From assembly GCA_963775425.1 (NCBI GenBank), contig CAVZJB010000016.1, positions 384,001 through 448,000 on the forward strand: DNA of 64,000 nucleotides. The letters are read 5' to 3'. Below the pieces are notes generated by a model. The model saw nothing but the letters and a program-made list of their open reading frames with translations. It had not been told where the DNA came from and did not search any database. The stretch comes from an uncultured delta proteobacterium (lineage in GTDB: Bacteria > Myxococcota > UBA727 > VGSZ01). Below, piece after piece: positions 8,964 through 17,593 of the stretch. A program made the translations under genes and the position numbers. Numbering within the stretch: position 1 is the stretch's first letter; every line of letters starts with the position of its first letter.

Positions 8964-10330
8964 GGGATCACCTCGAACTCTCTCTGCGTGACGGCTTCGG
9001 GGCTCAACACCGTGACATCGCCGGCGTCGAAGCGAAAGCGGACGGACCAAGAATACGCGCCGTCGCCGTCGGCGACGACGATCTCGACGGGGACGGCGCG
9101 GCCGGGCGTGACGGCGACGGCGTCGCTGGTGGCCGGGACCTTGTCGAGGCGGAGGAAGTCGGTCGCGTACTCCCCGTCGGCGGACGCCACGGCAGCGCCG
9201 TCGAGGAAGACCACGCCGACGTCGTCGGCGGCGACGTCGACGACGACGTGGTCGGCGCCGGTGGGCGGCACGAGCGAGCCGCGGAAGCGCACGGCGAAGC
9301 CGGAGGCGACGTCGGGGACGTCTCCTTGCGCGGGCCACAGCGTGTCCACGGGCGCGGCGCTCGCCTCGACGGAGAGGTAGCCGCGCGCGGCGGAGAACAT
9401 CGCCGCGGGCGACAGCGCGTCGAGGTCGTCGACGAGCGCCTCGGCGCGTTGGTTGCCGAAGAGGTCCGTGGGGATGTCCTCCGCGAGCACATAGAGCGAG
9501 GCGGTGAGCCCGTTGTAGAGATCGGGGGCGGGGTCGTCGACATCGGGGAGCCCGTCGCCGTCGCTGTCCTCGTCGGGCGCAAGGACGTGCACGCTGATCG
9601 TAGCGGGCGCGGAGGTGTTGCCGAAGCTGTCGACGGCGGTGACGGTGACGACGACGTCGCCCGGCGCGTCGAGGGTGACTGCGCCGCGCTCCTCGTCATC
9701 GGCGCCGGCGAGCGCGATGGAGACGCCGCCAACGTCGTCGCTCGAGGACACGGTGACGTCGGCGGACGCGAGGTGGCCGTCCGGGTCGGACGCGTGGACG
9801 TCGACGTCGACGGCGCTGCCGGCGGCGACGCGGGCGCCGCCCGAGAGCGGAGCGCCGTCGACGCTCAGGGCCACCGACGCGATCACCGGGGGCGTGGCGT
9901 CGGGCGGCGGGGCGACGGCGAGGCGCGCGCGGGCGCGGCCGGTGAGCCCCTCGTCGTCGGTGACGGCGAGCTCGACGTCGTACAGGCCCGGAGCGTCCCA
10001 GGTGTGCGTGAACGCCAGCGCGCCGCCCTTCGCGCCGCCGGCGCCGGCGAGGTCGACGGCGACGGCGGGCGTGTCGTCGCCGAACGAGAGCGTGGCGGCC
10101 GCGAGCGCCCCGTCGACGTCGAGCGACCCGCCGGCGTCGACGGTGACGGGGACGCGCGCCTGCGCCGACGCCGGCAGCGCGAGCACGGCGACGGGCTCCT
10201 GGTCCGCCGTGATCGGCGGCCCGCCCGCGGGGCCGCCGCACGCCGTCGCGAGCGCCACCACGGCGGCGGCCACGACGTGGGGCGCCGCCGCCGCGGCGCG
10301 CTCGCGGTCCGGCGTGGCGGGCGCAGCCAT
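8960..10330 (-). CDS. Lipoprotein with PKD, Ig-like and PA14-like domains
   Basis: Lipobox ALATAC; THTWDAPGLYDVELAVTDDEG (PKD); DSDGDGLPD; FAVRFRGSL...ADDVGVVFLDG (PA14-like). Confidence 0.75.
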   Translation of the reverse strand: MAAPATPDRERAAAAAPHVVAAAVVALATACGGPAGGPPITADQEPVAVLALPASAQARVPVTVDAGGSLDVDGALAAATLSFGDDTPAVAVDLAGAGGAKGGALAFTHTWDAPGLYDVELAVTDDEGLTGRARARLAVAPPPDATPPVIASVALSVDGAPLSGGARVAAGSAVDVDVHASDPDGHLASADVTVSSSDDVGGVSIALAGADDEERGAVTLDAPGDVVVTVTAVDSFGNTSAPATISVHVLAPDEDSDGDGLPDVDDPAPDLYNGLTASLYVLAEDIPTDLFGNQRAEALVDDLDALSPAAMFSAARGYLSVEASAAPVDTLWPAQGDVPDVASGFAVRFRGSLVPPTGADHVVVDVAADDVGVVFLDGAAVASADGEYATDFLRLDKVPATSDAVAVTPGRAVPVEIVVADGDGAYSWSVRFRFDAGDVTVLSPEAVTQREFEVIP

Positions 10331-11910
10331 CAGGGCACCCCCGCGCAGTCGAGCGGCGTCGACGGAGGCTCGAGCGAGAAGAGGAAGTCGGCGGCGTCGA
10401 CAATCTCCTGGCAGGAGACCTCGCCGTCGCCGTTGTCGTCCATGTCGGGGGCGCCGTTTTGCCCGTCGACGCGGACCATCTCCCAGACGCTCGGCACGCC
10501 CTCCACGTCGGGGAGGAACGCGTCTCCGGCGCCGAGCACGCTCGACTCCGGCAACGCGCTGAGGTCGCCGGCGCTGTCGCCGACGATGCGGTTGCCGCTC
10601 TCGACGCGGCCGCGGGTGTCGCCGGTGTTCCTGAAGGTGATGTTCTGGTCGCCGGCGAGGGAGTTGTGGATGGTGACGCCGGGCGCGCCGTCGCCGTCGC
10701 TGTCGCGCACGCGCGGATCGTCCGCCGACGTCGGCAGCGCGTCGGTGCCGGGATCCGCGAGCGCGGCGCCGCTCACCACCACCGACGCCGGCGGATCGAA
10801 GACGGCCCCGAGCGCGACGTCTTCGAGCGTGAAGTGCGCGTGCACCGGCGGGATGGCCCCCACGAACGCCGGCGGCGCCTCCTCCGTGACCGTGCCCGCG
10901 ATGGACTTCACCGGCGCGAGCGTGACGAAGCACGTGGTGAAGGTCGCGTCGATGTCTGCGCCGGTCTGCACCAGCTCGACCTTGATGTACGCGGGGGCGA
11001 CGACGCACTGCGGGTTCGGCACGAGCGTGGCCGCGCGCATGCGGATGCGCGCCGGAGAGAGCTGCGCGAACGTCCCCGTGAGGTCGAACTGCGCGGCGCC
11101 CTCCGCGACGAACGAGACCGTCGCCGTGGCCGTCACGCCCGAAGGCTCGCGCACGGTGACGAGCGCGTCCGCCGGCTGCGGCGGGGCCTGCAGCGTGGTG
11201 CTCGCGGCGAGGCCGCCGGCGCCGTCGTCGGCGAGGACGACGTCGCCCGCCGAGAGCGCCCCCGCCGACGACGTCACGGTGACGTGCGTGCCCGCGTCGA
11301 GCCGGCGGCCGTGGACGGTGAGCGTGACGACGCTGTCGCCGTCGGCGACGGCCGCGGGGGGCTCGGCGTCGACGCCGAGCGAAGGCGCGCCGTCGGTGGG
11401 CGCGACGAACACCAGCTCCGCGGTGGCGGACTCGACGTCGCCCTGGCCGCGAGCGACCGTGGCGCGCACGGTGACGGGCTTTTGCGCGCGGCCGAACAGC
11501 GCCGCCTCCCGGTCGGCCACGAGCGTCACCGAGGCCGCGCCGTCGGGTCCGGGCACCGCCGCCGACGACGACAGCAGGCCGCCCGTCGAGGAGAACGACA
11601 CGACCACCCCGGCCGGATCGGAGCGGACGATGGCCGTGACCGCGGTGCGGGCCACGCCGTCGGCGGGGAGCGTAGCCGCGCCGAGCGTCAGCTCGAGCGC
11701 CCCGGTCGCGGTCCCCGCGGGCGCGCACGCCGCGAGGGCGCCCACGACGACCAGCGACCGGAGGGAGCGGCCGCGCTTGATCAGCGACCGGAGGGAGCGG
11801 CCGCGCTCGATCAGCGACCGGAGGGAGCGGCCGCGCTCGATCACGAGCGCCCCCAGCGGGCGCCCGCCCTGCGGGGCGCGAGCGAGCGTTGGACGGATGC
11901 GAGCCTCCAC
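10330..11910 (-). CDS. Lipoprotein with invasin/Big_1-type Ig domains and an acidic Ca-binding-like C-terminal domain (start uncertain, ~11785-11910)
   Basis: Lipobox ALAAC; LPADG and AVADGDS Ig repeats; LPTSADDPRVRDSDGDGAPGVT. Confidence 0.7.
   Translation of the reverse strand: MEARIRPTLARAPQGGRPLGALVIERGRSLRSLIERGRSLRSLIKRGRSLRSLVVVGALAACAPAGTATGALELTLGAATLPADGVARTAVTAIVRSDPAGVVVSFSSTGGLLSSSAAVPGPDGAASVTLVADREAALFGRAQKPVTVRATVARGQGDVESATAELVFVAPTDGAPSLGVDAEPPAAVADGDSVVTLTVHGRRLDAGTHVTVTSSAGALSAGDVVLADDGAGGLAASTTLQAPPQPADALVTVREPSGVTATATVSFVAEGAAQFDLTGTFAQLSPARIRMRAATLVPNPQCVVAPAYIKVELVQTGADIDATFTTCFVTLAPVKSIAGTVTEEAPPAFVGAIPPVHAHFTLEDVALGAVFDPPASVVVSGAALADPGTDALPTSADDPRVRDSDGDGAPGVTIHNSLAGDQNITFRNTGDTRGRVESGNRIVGDSAGDLSALPESSVLGAGDAFLPDVEGVPSVWEMVRVDGQNGAPDMDDNGDGEVSCQEIVDAADFLFSLEPPSTPLDCAGVP
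11752..11841. repeat. Three tandem 30-bp repeats (cagcgaccggagggagcggccgcgctYgat)
   Basis: Direct repeats at 11752, 11782 and 11812 with no spacers. Confidence 0.92.
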
Positions 11911-12015
11911 GATTGCCGATAGGAAACAGCAGTCATTCCTTCTGTCAACGGCCTCGGCGACGTAATCCGCTGTTTTCTCATGGAAATAGGCGTGGCCGGC
12001 GGGTCAGGTAAACGG

Positions 12016-12044
12016 TTGGCGCCACCACGTACGCGGCGTAGGCT
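12016..12044 (+). promoter_or_regulatory. Putative sigma70-type promoter for the desaturase gene
   Basis: TTGGCG-N17-TAGGCT upstream of GGAGG RBS and ATG 12070. Confidence 0.4.
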
Positions 12045-12069
12045 GCTTTCAGGAAACGGGGAGGAAACG

Positions 12070-12789
12070 ATGTCCGATCGCAGCGACCGCGATGCGTACC
12101 GCCGCCGGAGGCTCGCCGCCCTCTCGCCCCGGTACAGCCCGCTGCTGCACGCGCTCTGCCCGTCGGTGTGGGGCCTCGTCGTGCTCGGCGCGTGCGCGGC
12201 CCTCGTGCGGGACGTCACCTGCGCCGAGCTCGCCACCGTGCCCGTGGTCCTGCTCCTGTCCAACATGAGCGAGTGGCGCCTCCACCGCGACCTGCTCCAC
12301 AAGCGCAGCCGCCTGTTCCCTGCCCTCTTCGACCAGCACACGCCCCAGCACCACAGGATCTACGTCTGCGAAGACATGCAAATCCGTGAGTGGCGCGAGC
12401 TCAAGTTTATCTTGATTCCGCCGTGGGCCGCCGTCGCACTGTTCGTTGGCTTGATCCCGCTGGCCACCGCGCTGTACTTCGTGTTGTCACCCAACGTCGC
12501 GTACCTCTTCGAGGCGACGTGCATGGTCTACGTCGTCAGCTACGAGCTTTTGCATCTGTCGTATCACCTTCCGGTCGATAGCTTCGTCGGACGCAATCCG
12601 GTCATTCGTGCGCTCGCGCGGCATCACTCCACACACCATGATCCCCGGCGGATGCAGCGCTTCAACATGAACGTCTCGCTGCCGCTCTGGGACCTTGTGC
12701 GCGGCACGACCTGGCGGCCGGCGCGCGACGCGCACGGGCGAAGAGACACTCCGGCTCCTGCAGTGGGCGCGACCCCCGGTTCCGGGTAA
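12070..12789 (+). CDS. Sterol desaturase / fatty acid hydroxylase family protein
   Basis: His boxes EWRLHRDLLH, HTPQHH, YELLHLSYH, HHSTHH; LWDLVRGT; TM helices. Confidence 0.88.
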   Translation: MSDRSDRDAYRRRRLAALSPRYSPLLHALCPSVWGLVVLGACAALVRDVTCAELATVPVVLLLSNMSEWRLHRDLLHKRSRLFPALFDQHTPQHHRIYVCEDMQIREWRELKFILIPPWAAVALFVGLIPLATALYFVLSPNVAYLFEATCMVYVVSYELLHLSYHLPVDSFVGRNPVIRALARHHSTHHDPRRMQRFNMNVSLPLWDLVRGTTWRPARDAHGRRDTPAPAVGATPGSG

Positions 12790-12813
12790 GCTTCGGCGTC
12801 CGCCGGAGGGATC

Positions 12814-13917
12814 GTGCACGGAACCGGTGCCCCACTCGGCCGCTATACGCGCGAGGTTCCCGACGAGGCCCGCGAGGCGGCGCTACGTGTCGCTCGCGTC
12901 CTCGACGCCGGCGACCGCATCCTCATCCTCGGCCACGCCGGCGCCGACGGCGACGTCTGCGGCAGCTCGCTCGGCCTCGCGCAGGCGCTGCGCGAGCGCG
13001 GCAAGACCGTCGTCGTCTACAACGAGGTCGCATACCCGGACGCGTATGTGTGGCTTCCGGGCGGCGAGCTCGTCGTGACGACGCTGTCGCCGGACGACCG
13101 CTGGGACGTCACGGTCGTCGTCGACGCCGCCCGCCCCGATCGCCTCGGCCGCCACTTCCCCGGCGCCGCCCGCCGCGGCACCTGGGTGTGGATCGATCAC
13201 CACCGCATCAGCGACGCCCCCGGCGACGTCGCCTACGTCGACCTCACCGCCGCCGCCGTCGGCGAGCAGGTCGCGGAGATCCTCGACGCCCTCGAGCACC
13301 CGCTCTCGCTCGGCGTCGCGCGCTGCCTGTACGCCTCCTTGCTCGCCGACACCGGGGGCTTCCGCTACGGCAACACCTCCGCCCGCGCGTTCCGGCTCGC
13401 CGCCCGCCTCGTCGAGGCCGGCGTGGATCCGTGGGAGATGACCGAGCGGATCTACGAGTCGCAGGACGAGGCGCGGCAGCGGCTGCTCGGGCGTGCGCTG
13501 GCATCTTTGTGGGTGTCCGCGTGCGGCCGCGTCGGCGTCGTCGAGCTCAAGACGGACGACGTCAGCGCCGTCGGCGCGCGCGACGATCACGTGCAGGGCA
13601 TCGTCAACCACGTGCGCGCCGTGAAGGGCGTGGAGGTGGCCATCCTGCTGCGGGAGACGGCGCAGGGCACCAAGGTCATCATCCGCTCGCGCGGAAACGT
13701 GGCCGTCGCGCCGGTGGCGTCGTCGCTGGGCGCGCTCGGGCACAAAAACGCGGCCAACTTCCACCTCGACAGGCCCATCGGCGACACGCGCGCGCTCGTC
13801 GTGGATGCGTTCCTCTCGGCGCTGGCGCGGCAGGCGCCGCTGCACACCCGCCGGCCCGAGACGCGCCGGCCGGAAGGCAAGCGGCGGGCCCGGCGACACC
13901 TGCGCCCGGCCGAGTGA
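12814..13917 (+). CDS. nrnA: DHH/DHHA1 family phosphoesterase (nanoRNase/pAp phosphatase NrnA-like)
   Basis: HAGADGDVCGS, VVVD, IDHH, DTGGF, RSRG, GHKNAA; directly upstream of truB. Confidence 0.85.
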   Translation: MHGTGAPLGRYTREVPDEAREAALRVARVLDAGDRILILGHAGADGDVCGSSLGLAQALRERGKTVVVYNEVAYPDAYVWLPGGELVVTTLSPDDRWDVTVVVDAARPDRLGRHFPGAARRGTWVWIDHHRISDAPGDVAYVDLTAAAVGEQVAEILDALEHPLSLGVARCLYASLLADTGGFRYGNTSARAFRLAARLVEAGVDPWEMTERIYESQDEARQRLLGRALASLWVSACGRVGVVELKTDDVSAVGARDDHVQGIVNHVRAVKGVEVAILLRETAQGTKVIIRSRGNVAVAPVASSLGALGHKNAANFHLDRPIGDTRALVVDAFLSALARQAPLHTRRPETRRPEGKRRARRHLRPAE

Positions 13918-14825
13918 ACGGGATCGTCGTCGTCGACAAGCCCTTGGGGCCGACGTCGTTCGACGTCGTCGCGCGGCTGCGCCGGGTGTTCTCCACGCGC
14001 GAGATCGGCCACTGCGGCACGCTCGATCCGCTCGCCACCGGCGTGCTCGTGGTCGCCGTCGGCAGCTACACGCGGCTCGTGCGCGTGTTGACCGCCGACG
14101 ACAAGCGCTACACCGCCACCATCGGGTTCGGGGCGTCGACCACCACGGACGACGCCGAGGGCGACGTCGTCGCCCGCGCGGAAGACGAGGAGCTCGCGCG
14201 GCTCGACGAGCCCGCGGTGCGCGCGGCGCTCGCGCGCTTCGTGGGGACCCTCGCGCAGCGCCCCCCGGCGTACTCGGCGGTGCACGTCGGCGGCGAGCGC
14301 GCCTACAAGAAGGCCCGCCGCGGCGAAGCGGTCGAGGTCGCGGCCCGTGAGGTCGTGATCCACGCGTTGACCCTGACGTCGCTCGAGCCGCCGGGCGGCG
14401 GACGAGGCGCCGCGCCCCCCCTCGAGGGCGCCCGGGTGCGCCGCGCCGTCGTCGACGTGTGCTGCGGCAAGGGCACCTACGTGCGCGCGCTCGCGCGCGA
14501 CCTCGGTGACGCGCTCGGCGTGCCCGCGCACCTCGCGGCGCTGCGCAGGACCGCGTCCGGCGCGTTCACGCTCGCCGACGCCGTCGCGCTCGACGACGTC
14601 GCGCCGTCGTCCCTGCTCACGGGGCCCGGCGCCGTCCGCGGCGTGCCGCTCGTCGTCGTCGGCGAGGACGACGCCCGCGCGCTGCGCCAGGGGAAGCGCG
14701 TGCGCACCGAGGTCGCGTTCGCCGGCACCGGCCTCGCGCACCGCGGCGAAGAGCTCGTGGCGCTGGTCCATGTCGACGCCGGCGCGCTCGTCGTCGAGCG
14801 CGGCTTCCCCGGCGCGCCCGCCTGA
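13914..14825 (+). CDS. truB: tRNA pseudouridine(55) synthase
   Basis: NGIVVVDKPLGPTSFDVV, GHCGTLDPLATGVL, PPAYSA, GKGTYVRALARDLG; GTGA overlap with the upstream gene. Confidence 0.96.
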   Translation: MNGIVVVDKPLGPTSFDVVARLRRVFSTREIGHCGTLDPLATGVLVVAVGSYTRLVRVLTADDKRYTATIGFGASTTTDDAEGDVVARAEDEELARLDEPAVRAALARFVGTLAQRPPAYSAVHVGGERAYKKARRGEAVEVAAREVVIHALTLTSLEPPGGGRGAAPPLEGARVRRAVVDVCCGKGTYVRALARDLGDALGVPAHLAALRRTASGAFTLADAVALDDVAPSSLLTGPGAVRGVPLVVVGEDDARALRQGKRVRTEVAFAGTGLAHRGEELVALVHVDAGALVVERGFPGAPA

Positions 14826-14876
14826 CGCCGTGCCGCTTGCGGCGACATTCAGGTATGGTGCGCCGCGGAGGAAGCC

Positions 14877-15650
14877 ATGGCTCTCGTCGAGGTCAACGAG
14901 CAGGATCACGTCGTCACTCTCACGCTCAACCGGCCCGAGGCCATGAACGCGCTCAACGGTGCGCTCATCGACGCGGTGTGGGCCGAGGTGGAGAAGGTCT
15001 GCGTGCGCCGCGAGGTGCGCGCGCTCATCCTCGCGGGCAACGCGCGCGCATTCTGTGCCGGCGCCGACCTCAAGGAGCGTCGCACCATGACGCCGGAGCA
15101 GACGCGCGCCTTCCTCCGGCGCATCCGCGGCATCATGGACCTCGTCGAGCGCGTGCCCCAGCCCACCATCGCGGCCATCGAGGGCGTCGCCTTCGGCGGC
15201 GGCTGCGAGCTCGCGCTGTCCTGCGACATCCGCGTGCTCGGCGCATCCGCCACCCTCGGCCTCACCGAGTGCTCCCTCGGCATCATCCCCGGCGCGGGCG
15301 GCACGCAGCGGCTGCCGCGGCTCATCGGCGCGTCCCGCGCCAAGGAGCTCATCTTCACCGCGCGCCGGCTCACGGCCGCCGCGGCCAAGGAGTGGGGCCT
15401 CGCGAGCCACGTCGTCGACGCCGGCGGCGCCGTCGCCCACGCGCGCGGCATCGCCGCCGAGATCGCGAAGTGCGCGCCCCTCGCCGTCGAGGCCGCCAAG
15501 GCCGCCGTCGACGGCGGCGTCGGCGTCGGCATCTCCGAAGGGTTGCTCCTCGAGCAGCGCGCCTACGAGGTCACGCTCTATACGGAAGACCGCCAGGAGG
15601 CGCTCAAGGCCTTCGCCGAAAAGAGGCCGCCCTTCTTCCAGGGCCGCTAG
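14877..15650 (+). CDS. Enoyl-CoA hydratase/isomerase (crotonase family)
   Basis: LNRPEAMNAL, FCAGADLKE, GGGCELALSCDIR, GIIPGAGGTQRLPR. Confidence 0.95.
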   Translation: MALVEVNEQDHVVTLTLNRPEAMNALNGALIDAVWAEVEKVCVRREVRALILAGNARAFCAGADLKERRTMTPEQTRAFLRRIRGIMDLVERVPQPTIAAIEGVAFGGGCELALSCDIRVLGASATLGLTECSLGIIPGAGGTQRLPRLIGASRAKELIFTARRLTAAAAKEWGLASHVVDAGGAVAHARGIAAEIAKCAPLAVEAAKAAVDGGVGVGISEGLLLEQRAYEVTLYTEDRQEALKAFAEKRPPFFQGR

Positions 15651-15652
15651 GC

Positions 15653-17593
15653 ATGGGGCGCAAGACGTACAGCGAGTCGTTCACCGTGAACGTCCCCATC
15701 GAGCGCGCGTGGGACGTCATGGCCGACACGCAGCACTTGAACCAGCTCTTCTTCGGGCTGTCGGCGGCCACGGTGGAGTCGCGCGACGTCGACAAGGCCC
15801 GCATCCGCGGCTCGTTCGGGCCGCTCGCGCCCGTCTACGACGAGTACCCGTGGGTCTTCGAGGTGCCGCGGCGGTACAAGAGCCTGCGCGTCTTCGACGG
15901 CGGCCTGTTGAAGCGCCTCGAGAGCGAGTGCGTGCTCAAGGAGACAGGCGGCGGCACCGTCGTCGACTACGCCGTCCGCGTCGACGCCGTCGGCGGCCCC
16001 CTCGGCGCCGTCGCCGGCGCGGTCACCGTGCGCCGCACGCGCGCCGGGCTCGCGAAGATCCGCGCCATGCTCGCGAAGATGGCCGCCGAGCCGGGCGCGG
16101 TCGCCCCCGCGTGGCCGCCGGCGAACCCGCAGGCGGAGGCCGTGGCGCAGCGGGCCGCCGCCGTGGTCGCCGGCATGCGCGTCGATGACGACGCCGAGCG
16201 GCAGGCGCTCGAGCGCATCGTGCGCCACGTCGCCGAAGCCCCCGAGGCCGACGTCGCGCGCATGCGCCCCTACGAGCTCGCCGACGCATGGGGCCTCTCG
16301 CGCAAGAAGGCGCTCGCCGCGTGTCTGCGCGCGACGCAGGCGGGCTTGCTGCGACTGAGCTGGGACCTCCTGTGCCCGTCGTGCGAGGCCCCGAGCTCGG
16401 TGAAGTCGCTGAAGGACCTGCCCGAGGGCGGTCACTGCCCCGCGTGCGACATCGACTTCACCACGAGCTTCGAGCAGAACGTGGAGGCCACGTTCTCCCC
16501 CGAGCCCGCCATCCGCCAGGCCGAGCGCCTGCTGTTCTGCCACGGCTCACCGTCGTCGACGAAGTCGTGGCTCGCGCAGTTCGTCGTGGAGCCGCGCGAG
16601 AAGCAGGAGATAACCTTGCGGCTCGGCGCAGGGCGCTATCGGCTGCAGGCGCAGGGCATCGCGCGCGGCACCCTCATCGACGTCGACGAGGACGGCGCCG
16701 CCGACGTGCGCGTCGCCATCGAGACGCTCGAGGGGCAGCCCCGGCTGCCGGCGCAGGTGCCGGCGGCCAAGGCGGGGAGCTTCAAGCTGTTCGTCGAAAA
16801 CACGCGCGACGACGCCCGACGCGTCCAGATCGCGCACCGCGCGTTCGCGTCCAAGGCCGCCACCGCCGCCGACGTCACGGCCGTCGGGCTGTTCCGCGAG
16901 CTGTTCGGGGGTGAAGCGCTCGCGCCGGACCAGCACCTCGACGTCGGCCGCGGGACCATCGTGTTCACCGACCTCTGCGGCTCCACCGCGATGTACGAGC
17001 GCGTCGGCGACGCCTCCGCCTACGGCCTCGTGCGCGAGCACTTCCGGCTGTTGTTCGCCGCGGTCGACAAGCACGGCGGCCGCGTGGTGAAGACCGTCGG
17101 CGACTGCGTGATGGCGTCGTTCGACTCCCCCGTCGACGCCGTGCGCGCGGGCCGCGCCTGCGTCGTCGCGCTGCGCAGCCTGCGGGACAAGGACGGCGGA
17201 GCGCCCGGCCTCGCGCTCAAGGTCGGCGTGCACACCGGGCCGTGCCTCGCGGTCGAGGCCAACGGCCAGGTCGACTACTTCGGGCGCACGGTGAACATCG
17301 CCGCACGCGTCGAGAGCCTCGCCGGACCGGACGAGGTCGTCCTGTCGTGGAGCACCGCCGGCGACCGCGACGTGCGCGCGTGGCTCGACGACGTCGAGCG
17401 CGGCGGTGACGCCGTCCACGCGGACAAGCGCGCCGTCAAGGGCATCGCCGGCGACGTCGACGTCGTGCGCGTCGGTGTGAACTCCGCCGCCGTCGGCGAC
17501 GCCGCGGGCGCGCCGGCGGGGCCGCGCGCCGACGCGAACGCAGACGCGGCCGCCACACCCGCGCCGGTGGACGCGGCGAGGCCCGCGTCGTGA
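15653..17593 (+). CDS. Class III adenylate cyclase with N-terminal SRPBCC domain and Cys4 (DUF5939-like) domain
   Basis: RMRPYELADAWG, WDLLCPSC...HCPAC; VFTDLCGSTAMY, VKTVGDCVMA, DYFGRTVNIAARVE. Confidence 0.88.
   Translation: MGRKTYSESFTVNVPIERAWDVMADTQHLNQLFFGLSAATVESRDVDKARIRGSFGPLAPVYDEYPWVFEVPRRYKSLRVFDGGLLKRLESECVLKETGGGTVVDYAVRVDAVGGPLGAVAGAVTVRRTRAGLAKIRAMLAKMAAEPGAVAPAWPPANPQAEAVAQRAAAVVAGMRVDDDAERQALERIVRHVAEAPEADVARMRPYELADAWGLSRKKALAACLRATQAGLLRLSWDLLCPSCEAPSSVKSLKDLPEGGHCPACDIDFTTSFEQNVEATFSPEPAIRQAERLLFCHGSPSSTKSWLAQFVVEPREKQEITLRLGAGRYRLQAQGIARGTLIDVDEDGAADVRVAIETLEGQPRLPAQVPAAKAGSFKLFVENTRDDARRVQIAHRAFASKAATAADVTAVGLFRELFGGEALAPDQHLDVGRGTIVFTDLCGSTAMYERVGDASAYGLVREHFRLLFAAVDKHGGRVVKTVGDCVMASFDSPVDAVRAGRACVVALRSLRDKDGGAPGLALKVGVHTGPCLAVEANGQVDYFGRTVNIAARVESLAGPDEVVLSWSTAGDRDVRAWLDDVERGGDAVHADKRAVKGIAGDVDVVRVGVNSAAVGDAAGAPAGPRADANADAAATPAPVDAARPAS

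Noticed and set aside
11752-11841. Possible CRISPR array (30-bp repeats)
   Set aside because: The repeats are contiguous with no spacers, and no cas genes are present
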